NCBI GenBank assembly: GCA_020025875.1
Contig: JAHHRI010000002.1
Location: 1,078-65,077 of the forward strand
Direction of reading: 5' to 3'
DNA from: Alphaproteobacteria bacterium
GTDB lineage: Bacteria > Pseudomonadota > Alphaproteobacteria > RF32 > CAG-239
DNA length: 64,000 nucleotides
Shown here: one piece after another, positions 1 to 7,789 of the stretch
Position numbering within the stretch: position 1 is the stretch's first letter
Layout of the letters: each line of letters begins with the position of its first letter
Position numbers and translations under genes: made by a program
The notes under the pieces: model-generated
Databases searched by the model: none
What the model was told of the DNA's origin: nothing
What the model saw: the letters and a program-made list of their open reading frames with translations, nothing else

Positions 1-91
1 CTGTCATGTTTTTTCTTTCCGTTAAAGCTGTTTTCAATCTAGCGCAAAAAAGGATAATGTAAAGTGTATTTTGTTTTTTTGTCAAAAAAAC

Positions 92-120
92 TTGGCTTTC
101 GATAAAAAATATTTTATACT
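92..120 (+). promoter_or_regulatory. putative sigma70-type promoter for the 144..1331 gene
   Basis: TTGGCT (92-97), a 17-nt spacer, then TATACT (115-120), about 24 nt upstream of the ATG at 144. Read directly from the sequence; no other support. Confidence 0.35.
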
Positions 121-143
121 GCGGGCATTGGGCGGAGAGATGA

Positions 144-1331
144 ATGACAAAAGAAAAAAACAGAAAGTTTTTAGCAAGAACCGCGCTGGGGATGAGTTTG
201 GCGGCAGGAGTTTCCTTGTTTCCGCTGATGCACCGCCTCGTTGAGCGGCAGACGGCCGATTTTGACAAAATCAGGATAGCCGTTGGCAGAGATACGATTT
301 CTAAACAACAATTTTATGAAAGACTGAGCTATCGTGATCAAGGATGGTACTTGTCCGCCCCCGACGGAACTTTGGTTAATGTTGACAGCTTGACCGATTT
401 TAAGGTCAAAGACAATTTGCTGTATCAGGCTTTTCGCCAAACCAAGCTCAGAAACACCGTTGACACGGTTCATGTGCGTTATGTTCGGGGCAGTACGGAA
501 ATGCGTATGTCCGATATTGTGTACGGCATGGGAACAAAGGACAGTTTGGGATATATTCCGTCTTTTGGCAGATATAATTACGATCATCTTAATTTGCGCT
601 ATTTTAAAGCAGACAACGAAGCCTTGCAAAAAATTGTTGATAAATATAACGACAAATATAATTGTACCTATCGGCACGAGTATCAGCATTATTTGAATAC
701 CGTGTCCGGAATCGGGCGCGCCGGTCAGAGTTACGAAAACAAGTTTGTCGAATGTTGCCTTGACGAAATATCTGCCAATATTGCGCAGCTGTTGGAACAA
801 AGAAAACATTATTTGGACAGTGGTCGGGATTTGTCTTTTTTGACATCGCGTTTCAAATTTTATCGGGAAGCCATTGAAAGCGGCAAAGTTAAGCCGGCGG
901 CAGGCGTTTATTCTCCCCAAGAAATTAAACTGATTGCCAACGGCGTTTTTGATACATGGATGTCGGAAAAGTTTAATATTTATATTAAAAATAATGCGGG
1001 GCGGACGATTCATATTTTGAGCAAAACCAATTATAACGGCGTTCAGTCCGATGAGTTACGTCACCGGCAGCTGATGAAAGCCTGCTTTTATATCAACGGC
1101 ATCGATTTTTATCCCCATATTGCTTTGCGGGAAAAGGAGATAAAAGCCAAAATACCCGCTGAAAAATTGAAGCTTTTTCGGTTGCTGAAAAAAGACAAGT
1201 TCAAGACGATGAATCATCTGGCAGAGCTGGAAAAAGTACGAGCCGAAGAGGGAAAGCGCAGCTACAATATGATGCTGATTAAAAACAAGCTGCAAGCGCA
1301 TGCCAGAAGGTTGTTTGGCAGCGGACGCTGA
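144..1331 (+). CDS. hypothetical membrane-anchored or secreted protein with an HExxH (zincin-like) motif
   Basis: 395-aa ORF with a hydrophobic N-terminus (ALGMSLAAGVSLFPLM). Has HEYQH within YRHEYQHYLNT, followed downstream by CLDEISANIAQ as a possible third-ligand Glu. I recognise no family. Confidence 0.6.
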   Translation: MTKEKNRKFLARTALGMSLAAGVSLFPLMHRLVERQTADFDKIRIAVGRDTISKQQFYERLSYRDQGWYLSAPDGTLVNVDSLTDFKVKDNLLYQAFRQTKLRNTVDTVHVRYVRGSTEMRMSDIVYGMGTKDSLGYIPSFGRYNYDHLNLRYFKADNEALQKIVDKYNDKYNCTYRHEYQHYLNTVSGIGRAGQSYENKFVECCLDEISANIAQLLEQRKHYLDSGRDLSFLTSRFKFYREAIESGKVKPAAGVYSPQEIKLIANGVFDTWMSEKFNIYIKNNAGRTIHILSKTNYNGVQSDELRHRQLMKACFYINGIDFYPHIALREKEIKAKIPAEKLKLFRLLKKDKFKTMNHLAELEKVRAEEGKRSYNMMLIKNKLQAHARRLFGSGR

Positions 1332-1419
1332 AATGTTTTTTTGTCGCTGATGTTTTTGTTTTTATTGGGGAGACAATTTTTTAAGCATTTTTTATGGAGC
1401 AAAAACATCGGCATATGAA

Positions 1420-1450
1420 AAACCCCGCGTTTGACACGGGGCTCTTTTTT
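1420..1450. terminator. putative bidirectional intrinsic terminator between convergent genes
   Basis: Stem CCCCG (1423-1427) pairs with CGGGG (1437-1441). An A-run precedes it and a T-run (1444-1450) follows. The stem is short. Confidence 0.45.
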
Positions 1451-1477
1451 AGATATCTTTTCCGTTGGTGTATCGTT

Positions 1478-2770
1478 TTAATCGGTTTCCTTTATGCGGA
1501 CGATGTCGGCACCGACGCTACGCAATTTTTCTTCCAGTTTTTCATAGCCACGGTCCAGATGATAAACTCTGTTGACAACGGTTTCTCCTTCGGCAACAAG
1601 TCCTGCCAGCACCAATGCGAAAGAGGCTCTGAGGTCGGTTGCCATGACTTGCGCGCCATACAGTTTTTTAACCCCGCGGACAATTGCCGAAGCATGGCCG
1701 TGCACATTGATGTTGGCACCCATTCGCATCAGTTCGGGAACGTGCATGAAACGGTTTTCAAAAATGGTTTCCGTGACCATGGAAGCGCCGTTTGCCGTTA
1801 GCATCAGGGTTAAGAACTGTGCTTGCAGATCGGTCGGAAACCCCGGATAATAGTCGGTCATAATATCTTTGCCCTCAAGGCGGCAATTTTCTGCATTAAT
1901 GATGACGCTGTGGGGTGTTTCGGTTACTCTGACACCCATTTCGCTTAATATGCCGAGAGGGGTTTTTAAGGTGGCAGCCTGAGCGTTCAGCAGTTCTATC
2001 TTGCCGCGGGTGATGGCGGCGGCAACGGCATAAGAACCCGCCTCAATTCGGTCGGGAATGGTTTTGTGTATGGTGCCGTGCAGCTCTTTAACACCTTCGA
2101 TGGTCAGAATCGGCGTGCCGATTCCCGATATTTTGGCTCCCATGGCATTGAGCATTTCTGCCAAATTGCCGATTTCCGGTTCCATGGCGGCATTTTCAAT
2201 CACCGTGGTTCCTTTAGCCAGAGTTGCTGCCATCAGAATGTTGCAAGTGGCGCCGACGGAGGCTATGTTAAAAATCAGGTGTGCACCTTTTAGCCCATTT
2301 TCTGCTTGCGCGATAACATAACCGTTTTTAATTTCAATGGTTGCCCCCATCTGCTCCAATGCCGAAAGATGGATGTCCATCGGTCTGGCTCCGATAGCGC
2401 AGCCGCCGGGGAGGGACAATTCCACATAATGTTCTCTTGCCAGCAGCGGCCCCAGCACATAATAGGAGGCGCGCATTTTGCGCACATAGTCATAAGGAGC
2501 AATCAGACTGGTGGTTTTTGCTGTTTGGTAGCCGTACATTTTGCACGGGTTGCCGTCAATGACTTCGTCACGGCTGTCAATTTTGGTGCCGAGCTGTTCC
2601 AGAAGCAGATTCATGGAGCGAATGTCGGAAAGGGAGGGGATGTTGGTCAGCGTGACGCGTTCCCGTGTCAGCAGGGAGGCGCATATCAGCGGCAATGCCG
2701 CGTTTTTTGCTCCGCTGATGTGGATTTGACCGGAAAGTTTATGCCCGCCGTTAATCTTTAATTTGTCCAT
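1478..2770 (-). CDS. murA: UDP-N-acetylglucosamine 1-carboxyvinyltransferase
   Basis: MDKLKINGGHKLSGQIHISGAKNAALPL N-terminus and full-length MurA-like sequence. Start set at the internal ATG (2768-2770) rather than the basic 33-aa extension in the ORF track. Confidence 0.95.
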   Translation of the reverse strand: MDKLKINGGHKLSGQIHISGAKNAALPLICASLLTRERVTLTNIPSLSDIRSMNLLLEQLGTKIDSRDEVIDGNPCKMYGYQTAKTTSLIAPYDYVRKMRASYYVLGPLLAREHYVELSLPGGCAIGARPMDIHLSALEQMGATIEIKNGYVIAQAENGLKGAHLIFNIASVGATCNILMAATLAKGTTVIENAAMEPEIGNLAEMLNAMGAKISGIGTPILTIEGVKELHGTIHKTIPDRIEAGSYAVAAAITRGKIELLNAQAATLKTPLGILSEMGVRVTETPHSVIINAENCRLEGKDIMTDYYPGFPTDLQAQFLTLMLTANGASMVTETIFENRFMHVPELMRMGANINVHGHASAIVRGVKKLYGAQVMATDLRASFALVLAGLVAEGETVVNRVYHLDRGYEKLEEKLRSVGADIVRIKETD

Positions 2771-2906
2771 GTTTTTCCGCTTTCTCCGTTTGAGATTTTT
2801 TTTGTAAGGCTTCCTGTTGCTTTTTGCGTTTTTCCAAATTTTTGCGCAGGGCTTCCGCTTCGCGCTCAAAACGCAGATCGGACCGCCTTTTCATTTTTTC
2901 CGTCAT
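2751..2906 (-). CDS. small Lys/Glu-rich hypothetical protein overlapping the murA start
   Basis: 51-aa MTEKMKRRSDLRFEREAEALRKNLEKRKKQQEALQKK... from the ATG at 2904-2906, overlapping murA by 20 nt. The longer 138-aa ORF upstream looks non-coding (AT-rich, no RBS). Confidence 0.35.
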   Translation of the reverse strand: MTEKMKRRSDLRFEREAEALRKNLEKRKKQQEALQKKSQTEKAEKHGQIKD

Positions 2907-3308
2907 ATGAAATACAAGTCCCATTTTAATTTTTACCAGCACACTATAGCAGGTTTTAAAAACGCTAATCAAGCCGCACCATGACTTATTGTGTAAAAGT
3001 TTTTCTTTTCTGATTAAAAACAAAAGGTTGTATTGCGTACTGTTTAAACGGCAGCTGTTGTTTTGCGTACGGCAGATTGTTTGTCGTGAAAAGCAAAGCC
3101 CGTTTTGAAAAATGATTTTTATTGATTCGAAGTTGTTTCCTTTTTTGTTTGCAAAATCAATATGCAAATAGTTTTTTATATTACGGTGACTGTTACTGGT
3201 TTTAAAAAAACGGTAACATTTTTAGTATCATTTTCTCAATAAACGAACTTGACATATTTTGACATTAATATAATTTATTGCTCACTTATTATTTATTATT
3301 TTTTAATT

Positions 3309-3812
3309 ATGGAAGATAAAAAGAATTGCAAGATTCTAAAAAATAGTTTTTTAGAATCGCTAAAAGAAGGAATTACACCCCTTAAGTTGGAAAGTTTTGC
3401 TTCAATTTATTGGCAATGTGGCGGAAAAGAAGATTTTGAATCTGCTGTCGCAAATGTATTGCTAAAAATTGATGAGGTTTCAGAAATTATTCGAATGGTT
3501 CCTATTTTGATTAATCAAAGTCAAAATTATTCTAAATTTGTTTTTTGGGCAGAGCAATTATTTAATAAGTTGTCTGACCAAGATAAAAAAGCTGTTTCAG
3601 TTCCGATGATTTATTGGACTTTTGATGATGAATATACTTTGATTTCCGATGCGGAGTATGAGTATAGACGTGAGAATAAAAAAGTTACTTTTATTAAAGG
3701 AGAGAAGTATGCACGGCCGGCACATCTTATGGATTTAAGATGCTATGAAAAGGTGATTGAGATGATCTTCGCTTCCGGTACAGAAAAAGTTATTTTTGTC
3801 GGCGGTTATTGA
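3309..3812 (+). CDS. hypothetical cytoplasmic protein (orphan, AT-rich gene)
   Basis: ORF from the ATG at 3309 (MEDKKNCKILKNSF...). The TTG at 3249 would only add an implausible I/Y/F-rich extension. No motif recognised. Confidence 0.5.
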   Translation: MEDKKNCKILKNSFLESLKEGITPLKLESFASIYWQCGGKEDFESAVANVLLKIDEVSEIIRMVPILINQSQNYSKFVFWAEQLFNKLSDQDKKAVSVPMIYWTFDDEYTLISDAEYEYRRENKKVTFIKGEKYARPAHLMDLRCYEKVIEMIFASGTEKVIFVGGY

Positions 3813-3848
3813 TTGGTATTCTTGTCCTTTTAAGGGGCTGTTTGTCAA

Positions 3849-3876
3849 AAGGTTGCATTTCGGCAACCTTTTTTTG
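3849..3876 (+). terminator. intrinsic terminator after 3309..3812
   Basis: 8-bp stem AAGGTTGC (3849-3856) pairs with GCAACCTT (3863-3870), loop ATTTCG, then a T-run to 3876. Confidence 0.7.
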
Positions 3877-4170
3877 ATGGAAAACTTTTTAAATAGGAAG
3901 AAGAAAAAGGAATAAAAAAATTTCCTTTAAAACCAACAGCATCCAACACCATATAACAAAATAATGCAAATTCAATGCATTAACATAAGAATGATATTTT
4001 TTAAGCCGTAGATATGCCGTGTCTCTTTTTATGCTGTTTAAAGCCCGTTTTTTTTAAGCCTACAGAGGTTTTTGAGTGTTTAAGTATCACATACCGTAAG
4101 AACGGAAAACACAAAGCAATCAACTGATTTGGACAAATTTTACGCTCTTTGTTTTGTCTTAAATTTTTAC

Positions 4171-4195
4171 TTGCTAAAAATCATGATTTTGATAA
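4171..4195. promoter_or_regulatory. hix/gix-like imperfect dyad (candidate serine-recombinase site)
   Basis: TTGCTAAAAATCATGATTTTGATAA with a perfect 14-bp palindrome AAAATCATGATTTT (4177-4190). The bottom-strand arm TTATCAAAATCA matches 10 of 12 positions of the Hin half-site consensus TTATCAAAAACC, quoted from memory. Lies about 590 bp upstream of the recombinase gene. Confidence 0.3.
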
Positions 4196-4426
4196 AGTCA
4201 AATAAGCTCTTGAAAAAGAGCCAGAACCAGAGATGGTTCGGAGCCTTAGAAAGCTCTTATACAGAGCGGTGTTGGATATAACATCGTAATTGTCTGTCGA
4301 AACAGAACAATAGATATATCCCCGATTCATAACCATATGGTCGGGGAGGTTTTAGCGTATGTTCAAAAGCTCCGGCTTTAAAGGTTAAAACGGTCATCTC
4401 TCTGTATATGATTTTCTAACTCTCCG

Positions 4427-4455
4427 ACCGCCTTAAATCAGGCGGTTTCTGTTTT
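4427..4455 (+). terminator. intrinsic terminator or attenuator immediately upstream of the 4480 ORF
   Basis: ACCGCCT (4427-4433) pairs with AGGCGGT (4440-4446), followed by TTCTGTTTT. It ends about 25 nt before the ATG at 4480 and just before its GGAG RBS. Confidence 0.55.
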
Positions 4456-4479
4456 AATAAAATATGGAGTAGAAATCTT

Positions 4480-4695
4480 ATGAAAAAACTAGCAATAATT
4501 CTTTTAACTTCAGCCACTTTGTCTGGATGTGCTTCCATTATGGAGGGCAAAAGCCAAAATATAAACATGATGACATCTAATGGAGATAGCGTTAAAGCAG
4601 ATATTAGACAAGGAGATAATCACGCTGTTTGCAAATATCCTGCACGGTTTGACTATATTTTGCGTAGCTTGAAACTCAAAAAAACGGGATATTAA
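4480..4695 (+). CDS. short putative lipoprotein (possibly a truncated remnant)
   Basis: Lipobox LLTSATLSGC at the N-terminus and a GGAG RBS. Only 71 aa, and the C-terminal part looks unrelated to a folded domain. Confidence 0.45.
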   Translation: MKKLAIILLTSATLSGCASIMEGKSQNINMMTSNGDSVKADIRQGDNHAVCKYPARFDYILRSLKLKKTGY

Positions 4696-4787
4696 GCTGC
4701 CTGTTTGTAATGCTTATCAAGAATATCAAATGAAAGTTCCGACTCTGATTTAACAGCAAAAAAGTGTAAAAACTAAGTGGAATATCC

Positions 4788-5336
4788 TTGTTCAATTATA
4801 TAAGAGTAAGCACTGCCTTACAAAACACAGATAGACAGTTGGTTGGTGTAGCCTGCGACAGAGAATATATGGATAAACTTTCCGGCAAAGACACAAACAG
4901 ATCTCAGCTCCAAGCTATGATTGATAGCCTAAGAGAAGGCGACATTGTCAACGTTTACTCAATGGACAGACTTGCTCGTAATGTGCAAGACTTGTTATCT
5001 TTGATTGATACTATAATCAATAAAGGGGTAAAGATACAATTTTATAAGGAAAATTTAACTTTTGAAGTAAACAAGAAAACGGATACATTTCAAAAACTAA
5101 TGTTAACCTTACTGGGAGCTGTTTCTGAATTTGAAAGAGAAATCATTTTAGAAAGACAAAGAGAAGGAATAGTCATAGCCAAACAAAAAGGCAGGTGTAA
5201 AGGTGGTCAAAAAAAGCTTTCAGACGAACAAATAAAAGAAATCAAGGCGCTGGTATCCGTGAAAAGACTCCATATAACTGAAATTGCAAAGCAGTATAAA
5301 ATCACCCACCAAACAGTTTATAATCTGATGAAATAA
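4788..5336 (+). CDS. small serine recombinase (resolvase/invertase family)
   Basis: N-terminal YIRVSTALQNTDRQ (catalytic Ser), SMDRLARN, SEFEREIILERQREGI, and a C-terminal HTH (ITEIAKQYKITHQTVYNLMK). 182 aa with a TTG start at 4788. Confidence 0.9.
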   Translation: MFNYIRVSTALQNTDRQLVGVACDREYMDKLSGKDTNRSQLQAMIDSLREGDIVNVYSMDRLARNVQDLLSLIDTIINKGVKIQFYKENLTFEVNKKTDTFQKLMLTLLGAVSEFEREIILERQREGIVIAKQKGRCKGGQKKLSDEQIKEIKALVSVKRLHITEIAKQYKITHQTVYNLMK

Positions 5337-5433
5337 AGATGATTAAAAAAGCACACAGATTAGGTACAAAAACTAGGTAGAGAAACAAAAAAAACGACTC
5401 TATAAGTCGCTGTTTTCGCATAATTTTTTGAAA

Positions 5434-5508
5434 TGGTGCCGCTAGCAAGAATCGGACTTGCGACCCCACCCTTACCAAGGGTGTGCTCTACCACTGAGCT
5501 ATAGCGGC
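5434..5508 (-). tRNA. tRNA-Thr (anticodon GGU)
   Basis: Reverse complement is GCCGCTATAGCTCAGTGGTAGAGCACACCCTTGGTAAGGGTGGGGTCGCAAGTCCGATTCTTGCTAGCGGCACCA. It has a 7-bp acceptor stem, anticodon loop TTGGTAA, a T-arm GGTCGCAAGTCCGATTC, and an encoded CCA. Confidence 0.95.
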
Positions 5509-5845
5509 GTAACCGAATTGAGGGCAATATAAAACATCTTTTTTATAAATGCAATCATATTTTTACGATAATTGATAAAAAAGTGTAAGATGTTTTTATC
5601 TTGTTGACGGACAATGTTTTTTTGGGGCAAAGGGAGAGTTTTTTCCAAGGGCTGCGTTGCGGTAAGAAATGGGGCGACGAAAAAGGAAGGGAAAAAACGG
5701 AGGAGCCGGCAAGGGATATAACGGCGGCAAAATCAGCGGGAGAGCGGTGTCGTCGCGCATATTCTTGCGGTTAATTTTTGATTTTAGGTTGCCTTTGCCA
5801 TGAAAAAAATTATATTTATTGATGAAAAGGAGAGGATGACACCAG

Positions 5846-6097
5846 ATGCAGAAGATAATATCTTGGATTTTTATGTTTTTATTTGTCGGGTTGACATTTT
5901 CGTTTTTTTTATATGTCGCCTCAATTATTATTCCGATTTTGTTTTTTGCGGTATTTGTCGGTTTCTTATGGCTTCGTTACAAGCAACACAAAGCGGTAAG
6001 GCTGATGTTTGGGGACCGTAAAGGAGGCGATGATCGGCGTTCGCAAGGGGAAATTATTGACGTGGAATATGAAATTATAGACGATAAAAAGCATTAG
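5846..6097 (+). CDS. small membrane protein, two predicted TM helices
   Basis: 83 aa with two hydrophobic stretches (WIFMFLFVGLTFSFFLYVA and IIIPILFFAVFVGFLWL) and a charged tail. Chosen over the overlapping 5800..6021 ORF. Confidence 0.5.
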   Translation: MQKIISWIFMFLFVGLTFSFFLYVASIIIPILFFAVFVGFLWLRYKQHKAVRLMFGDRKGGDDRRSQGEIIDVEYEIIDDKKH

Positions 6098-6112
6098 AGG
6101 GAGAAAGGTTCA

Positions 6113-7006
6113 ATGAAGATCAATACAGTGCTGGCATTTGATATAGGAGGAACAAAAATTGCTTATGCACCGGTCGACAGAAACGGAAAACTGCTGAACG
6201 ATGTTGTCCGTCACCCGACACCGACGGCACCGGGGGCCGTGGCAAAACTTCTGAAAACCATTATCAACCAGTTTGAAAGCCGGATTGACGCGGTTGCCGT
6301 TTCGACGGCTGGAACGGTTGATCGAACCAACTCGCGGATCGTCGGTTCCGTCGGTAATATGCCCGACGGCTATTTGGAAACCGATTTTAAAGCCCTGTCG
6401 GTTAAGCCGGTGGTGGTGGAAAACGATGCTAACGCCGCCGTATGGGCGGAGTATGTTCTCGGCAATGCCAAAGGGCGCGCCAATGTGGTTCTGTTAACGC
6501 TCGGCACGGGTGTTGGCGTCGGTATTATTGCCGATGGCAGGTTGTTGGTCGGCAAGTCCGGCGCTGCCGGAGAAGTTCATTTCCCCGTACGTTACGATAA
6601 CAATCGTCTGTGCGGCTGCGGGCGTTATGATTGTTTGGAAGTTTATATGTCGGGCAGAGCTCTCGGTTTGGAAGCCAAAGCGGCGTATAAAGACGATAAC
6701 GCTAACGGTCATACCGTGATTGAGGGGCTGAAACAAAACGCGCTGCCGGCGGTGACTGCTTTTCATAGCTGGCAGGAGATGGTCAAAAACGGTATTGTGA
6801 TTTTTGCCGATATTTTTGATCCCGAAGTTATTTTGCTTGGCGGATCAATGGCTCATTTTATCGATTATAAGCGGTTGAATGAAGAGGCCAACCAAATGAT
6901 TGTGACCGCGCCGTTTGAGTTGAAAGAAGCCGCTTTTGAAAATGATGCCGGTTTGATCGGGGCGGCACTTTTGTGTGTGCAAAAGCTTGAACCAAAAAAG
7001 GCTTAA
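6113..7006 (+). CDS. ROK-family sugar kinase (glucokinase or N-acetylhexosamine kinase type)
   Basis: DIGGTKIAYA ATP-binding N-terminus, ENDANAA, LGTGVGVG, and the Zn motif CGCGRYDCLE. Confidence 0.85.
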   Translation: MKINTVLAFDIGGTKIAYAPVDRNGKLLNDVVRHPTPTAPGAVAKLLKTIINQFESRIDAVAVSTAGTVDRTNSRIVGSVGNMPDGYLETDFKALSVKPVVVENDANAAVWAEYVLGNAKGRANVVLLTLGTGVGVGIIADGRLLVGKSGAAGEVHFPVRYDNNRLCGCGRYDCLEVYMSGRALGLEAKAAYKDDNANGHTVIEGLKQNALPAVTAFHSWQEMVKNGIVIFADIFDPEVILLGGSMAHFIDYKRLNEEANQMIVTAPFELKEAAFENDAGLIGAALLCVQKLEPKKA

Positions 7007-7040
7007 ACCGTTTCGGTTGTCGGATATTTTTTACCAAGTA

Positions 7041-7071
7041 AAAAAAGCCGTCGAAATACGACGGCTTTTTA
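7041..7071. terminator. bidirectional intrinsic terminator
   Basis: AGCCGTCG (7046-7053) pairs with CGACGGCT (7059-7066), flanked by an A-run and a T-run. Lies between convergent genes. Confidence 0.75.
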
Positions 7072-7088
7072 AAGATCAAATTTTCCGA

Positions 7089-7637
7089 TTAGAAATTGTA
7101 TCTGACGCCAAGAGAGAATTCGTCAATGGCATCAATATCGGATTTCTGAGTATAAACATGATGATACATACCGCGAACCGACCAGTTTTCATCAATGTTG
7201 TACTGGGCACCGGCATTCAGACGGTAGCCGAAAGTTTCTTCTTTATCGGTCATATTGCCGACCATTTTGTATTTCATCTCATATTCACCGAGACCGGCAC
7301 CGGCAATCAGTTCAATATCACCGTCGCAGCCGAGCGGCAGAAAACCGAGAACATCTACGCCGTAGGCTTGGAATGAGGTGGTAAATTTGTCTTCGCCATA
7401 AGTGTTTTTCTCTTTTCCGGAGTGCTGATAGAAAGCTTCGGCACCGAAGTTTTTGTGGAATTTGGCACCGGCAACAAAGCTGACCGACTGATAATCGTCT
7501 TCAATGGCGTTTTCTATATCGTAAGCATAGTCAAAAGTGGAATAGTTGAAATCCAAACCGGCATAAGGTTTGATTTCGGCATTGGCATTGGCGGTAAACA
7601 TGCAGGCAACACCGGCCATTAACAAAGTTTTTTTCAT
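7089..7637 (-). CDS. small outer-membrane beta-barrel protein (OmpW/Omp25-like size class)
   Basis: Signal peptide MKKTLLMAGVACMFTANANA, alternating beta-strand pattern, and a C-terminal GVRYNF. Paralogue of 19390..19947. Confidence 0.8.
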   Translation of the reverse strand: MKKTLLMAGVACMFTANANAEIKPYAGLDFNYSTFDYAYDIENAIEDDYQSVSFVAGAKFHKNFGAEAFYQHSGKEKNTYGEDKFTTSFQAYGVDVLGFLPLGCDGDIELIAGAGLGEYEMKYKMVGNMTDKEETFGYRLNAGAQYNIDENWSVRGMYHHVYTQKSDIDAIDEFSLGVRYNF

Positions 7638-7789
7638 ATTCTTTTAGTCCTTTTAGTTTTTGTGAGTTTAATTTTCGCGAATAATAATTATGTCTTGTTG
7701 ATGTATATGATGTTTCAACTATCAATTTTTCAAGTCTATATCACTAATATTTAAAATTAGTTAACAAACGCTTTGTTAAGGAGGATGAA

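Larger units (their letters stand above)
2907..5433. mobile_element. putative degraded genomic islet next to the tRNA-Thr 3' end (serine recombinase plus orphan ORFs)
   Basis: Visibly AT-rich compared with the flanks. Has long non-coding stretches, an orphan ORF, a short lipoprotein ORF and a resolvase/invertase-family gene. Ends at the 3' end of tRNA-Thr (5434). No flanking direct repeat was found. Confidence 0.35.

Noticed and set aside
2771-2869. The N-terminal extensions offered by the ORF track for murA. The same applies to ftsZ (25150..25194), the 47607 gene (48522..48725), xseB, mtaB, ftsY, dksA and yacG.
   Set aside because: The extensions are basic or hydrophobic junk with no homology to the family N-termini. 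The internal ATGs align with the canonical N-termini and usually have a Shine-Dalgarno sequence.
2970-2985. AGCCGCACCA, which resembles the tRNA-Thr 3' end (TAGCGGCACCA), considered as a possible att-type direct repeat bounding the islet.
   Set aside because: It has only about 8 matching bases. It is in the opposite orientation to the tRNA gene, so it is not a direct repeat. It is too short to separate from chance.
3103-3128. A second A-tract/T-tract near-dyad (TTTTGAAAAATGATTTTTATTGA), considered as a partner recombination site for the 4171 dyad.
   Set aside because: The arms are only A5/T5 around an odd 3-nt centre. The outer positions match poorly, both to the 4171 site and to the hix consensus. 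Such sequences are expected by chance in AT-rich DNA.
5669-5803. A 44-aa basic ORF (MGRRKRKGKNGGAGKG...) inside a purine-rich tract upstream of the small membrane protein gene. A riboswitch in the same tract was also considered.
   Set aside because: There is no RBS, and the composition is driven by the G/A-rich DNA. It overlaps the start region of other candidate ORFs. I could not match the tract to any riboswitch consensus. It is left unannotated.
5800-6021. A 73-aa ORF overlapping the 5846..6097 ORF.
   Set aside because: The two are mutually exclusive. The 83-aa frame gives two clean TM helices and a hydrophilic tail, and it ends just before the ROK kinase RBS. The 73-aa frame has an irregular Cys/Phe-rich composition.
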